The position numbers and the translations under genes are program-made. The notes under the pieces are model-generated. The model made no database searches. It had not been told where the DNA came from and saw only the letters and a program-made list of their open reading frames with translations. Below are positions 1 to 4,210 of a DNA stretch of 4,210 nucleotides, in pieces; position 1 is the first letter of the stretch; each line of letters opens with the position of its first letter. Where the stretch lies: IMG/VR virus record IMGVR_UViG_2534681674_000013, positions 1 to 4,210 of that record; one strand, written 5' to 3'. The stretch comes from a virus (Duplodnaviria; Heunggongvirae; Uroviricota; Caudoviricetes).

Positions 1-336
1 CGAAGTTATTACGTTCACGCGCACAGACGGCCCCGCCATTACGCTGAACCAGCGGTTACGCACGGAATCTTCATGCCAGCGGGTATCGCTGTAACGGGTA
101 ATCTGGCGATTCCTGTCTCCTGCATAGCTGAATGACGTCACCATCCCCAGTGTGTCCGTAAACTCATAACGGTATTTCACGTTAATCCCGTTCAGATCAT
201 CGCTGCCGGGAACGTTCGTCGAGGCATGAAGATACCCCGCGCTCAGCGTGGACTGATGTTCAGACGCCCATGCAGGCGCACCGGATACGGCCAGACAAAT
301 GGCTGCGGACAAAATGGCGGCATAAAGTTTACGCAT
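1..336 (-). CDS. lom: Lom/Ail/PagC/OmpX-family outer-membrane protein, N-terminal 112 codons (gene continues beyond window position 1)
   Basis: Minus-strand ATG at 336-334, preceded by GAGAGG Shine-Dalgarno (complement of 342-347) with 5-nt spacing. My translation reads [108 protein letters not shown]... This has a typical signal peptide with an AWA signal-peptidase-I site and alternating beta-strand residues, and closely resembles lambda Lom as I remember it. It sits immediately downstream of J, as in lambda. Not in the supplied ORF track because it runs off the window edge. Confidence 0.8.
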   Translation of the reverse strand, partial: MRKLYAAILSAAICLAVSGAPAWASEHQSTLSAGYLHASTNVPGSDDLNGINVKYRYEFTDTLGMVTSFSYAGDRNRQITRYSDTRWHEDSVRNRWFSVMAGPSVRVNVITS

Positions 337-356
337 AATTACCTCTCGCTTTTCTG

Positions 357-384
357 CAATAAAAAAGGCGTCATTTCTGACGCC
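357..384 (-). terminator. Intrinsic (rho-independent) terminator between J and lom
   Basis: Perfect 7-bp stem GGCGTCA (367-373) / TGACGCC (378-384) with a 4-nt loop. On the minus strand it is followed directly by UUUUUUAUUG (complement of 357-366). It begins 19 nt after the J stop codon (403-405). Confidence 0.6.
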
Positions 385-402
385 CGTTATGGGTTATAAA
401 AT

Positions 403-3858
<3,456 letters not shown>

Positions 3859-3882
3859 TCATGACTGAATAAAAATTCTGAA

Positions 3883-3900
3883 TATCTTCACATTTTCTGT
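3883..3900. repeat. Imperfect direct repeat, copy A (TATCTTCACATTTTCTGT)
   Basis: CATTTTCTGT at 3891-3900 is identical to 3981-3990. The flanking ATCTTCA (copy A) and ATCTT (copy B) extend the match with a 2-nt indel. The copies are 90 nt apart. Confidence 0.6.
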
Positions 3901-3974
3901 ACGCCCCCGTGGCAGATATCATTCCCGGGCGTTACAGTTTTTTCGGGCCAATAAAAACAAAACTCCCTGTGGTT

Positions 3975-3990
3975 AATCTTCATTTTCTGT
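3975..3990. repeat. Imperfect direct repeat, copy B (AATCTTCATTTTCTGT)
   Basis: See copy A. Copy B lies immediately 5' (plus strand) of the 3992-4015 hairpin. Confidence 0.6.
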
Positions 3991-3991
3991 T

Positions 3992-4022
3992 CCCGCAGCC
4001 TTCGGTCACTGCGGGATTTTTT
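3992..4022 (+). terminator. Plus-strand intrinsic-terminator-like hairpin plus T-tract (orphan; antisense to the late operon)
   Basis: 7-bp stem CCCGCAG (3992-3998) / CTGCGGG (4009-4015) with a 10-nt loop. On the plus strand it is followed directly by ATTTTTTCGCTTTTA (4016-4030). On the minus strand the same hairpin is followed by AACAGAAAAUG, so it is not a good terminator for I. No plus-strand gene is evident upstream of it. Confidence 0.45.
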
Positions 4023-4027
4023 CGCTT

Positions 4028-4210
4028 TTATGCCTGCCGCCCGATAACCACCACCTTCCCGTCACCGCCTTCATCACGGGTACTGATGTCCTGGGAGATT
4101 CGCCGTGAGCCAACCAGCATTTCACCGTAAGGCACCGGCATCGGGTTCCCCTGTGCAATCATGTTATCCAGCGAGGAAAAGTACGTGTTCTGTCTGCCGT
4201 TATCCGTGCT
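4028..4210 (-). CDS. I: Tail assembly protein I (lambda gpI-like), C-terminal 60 codons plus stop (gene continues beyond window end)
   Basis: My translation of the minus strand from 4210 reads STDNGRQNTYFSSLDNMIAQGNPMPVPYGEMLVGSRRISQDISTRDEGGDGKVVVIGRQA*, with TAA stop at 4030-4028. This matches the C-terminal region of lambda gpI as I recall it (..DNGKQNTYFSSLDNM.AQGN...YGEM.VGSR...VVVIGR..), and the position directly upstream of J agrees with lambda gene order. Not in the supplied ORF track because it is truncated by the window edge. Confidence 0.75.
   Translation of the reverse strand, partial: STDNGRQNTYFSSLDNMIAQGNPMPVPYGEMLVGSRRISQDISTRDEGGDGKVVVIGRQA

Noticed and set aside
3924-3947. 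Possible weak stem CCCG (3924-3927) / CGGG (3944-3947) around a T-rich loop
   Set aside because: Only 4 bp with a 16-nt loop, so it is not thermodynamically convincing. It probably reflects the palindromic CCCGGG site rather than a functional structure.
3909-4130. Plus-strand 73-aa ORF (GTG start) spanning the intergenic insert and the antisense of the I 3' end
   Set aside because: It reads straight through the plus-strand terminator hairpin and T-tract and then runs antisense to the conserved I coding sequence. It has a GTG start without an RBS and a low-complexity translation, so it is most likely spurious. The plus-strand RNA hypothesis does not require it to be coding.

Overview
This window is the distal tail-tip region of a lambdoid (lambda-like) phage or prophage, all coded on the minus strand in the order I (3' end only) -> J -> lom-like (5' end only), the same order as in phage lambda. 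The calls rest on my reading of the translations against remembered lambda protein sequences; no database search was run. About 80% of the window is one gene, a 1129-aa homologue of lambda host-specificity protein J (central tail fibre). Its C-terminal receptor-binding region is divergent and visibly AT-richer than the rest of the gene, which suggests an exchanged host-range module. The least expected part is the I-J spacer (3793-4027, 235 nt), which I recall being only a few tens of nt in lambda. It contains two oppositely oriented intrinsic-terminator-like hairpins, an AU-rich tract, an imperfect direct repeat and a 31-codon ORF, so it looks like a small inserted module (candidate sRNA or micro-moron). 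I see no rRNA, tRNA, CRISPR array or IS element, and I cannot point to a clearly novel multi-gene system here.
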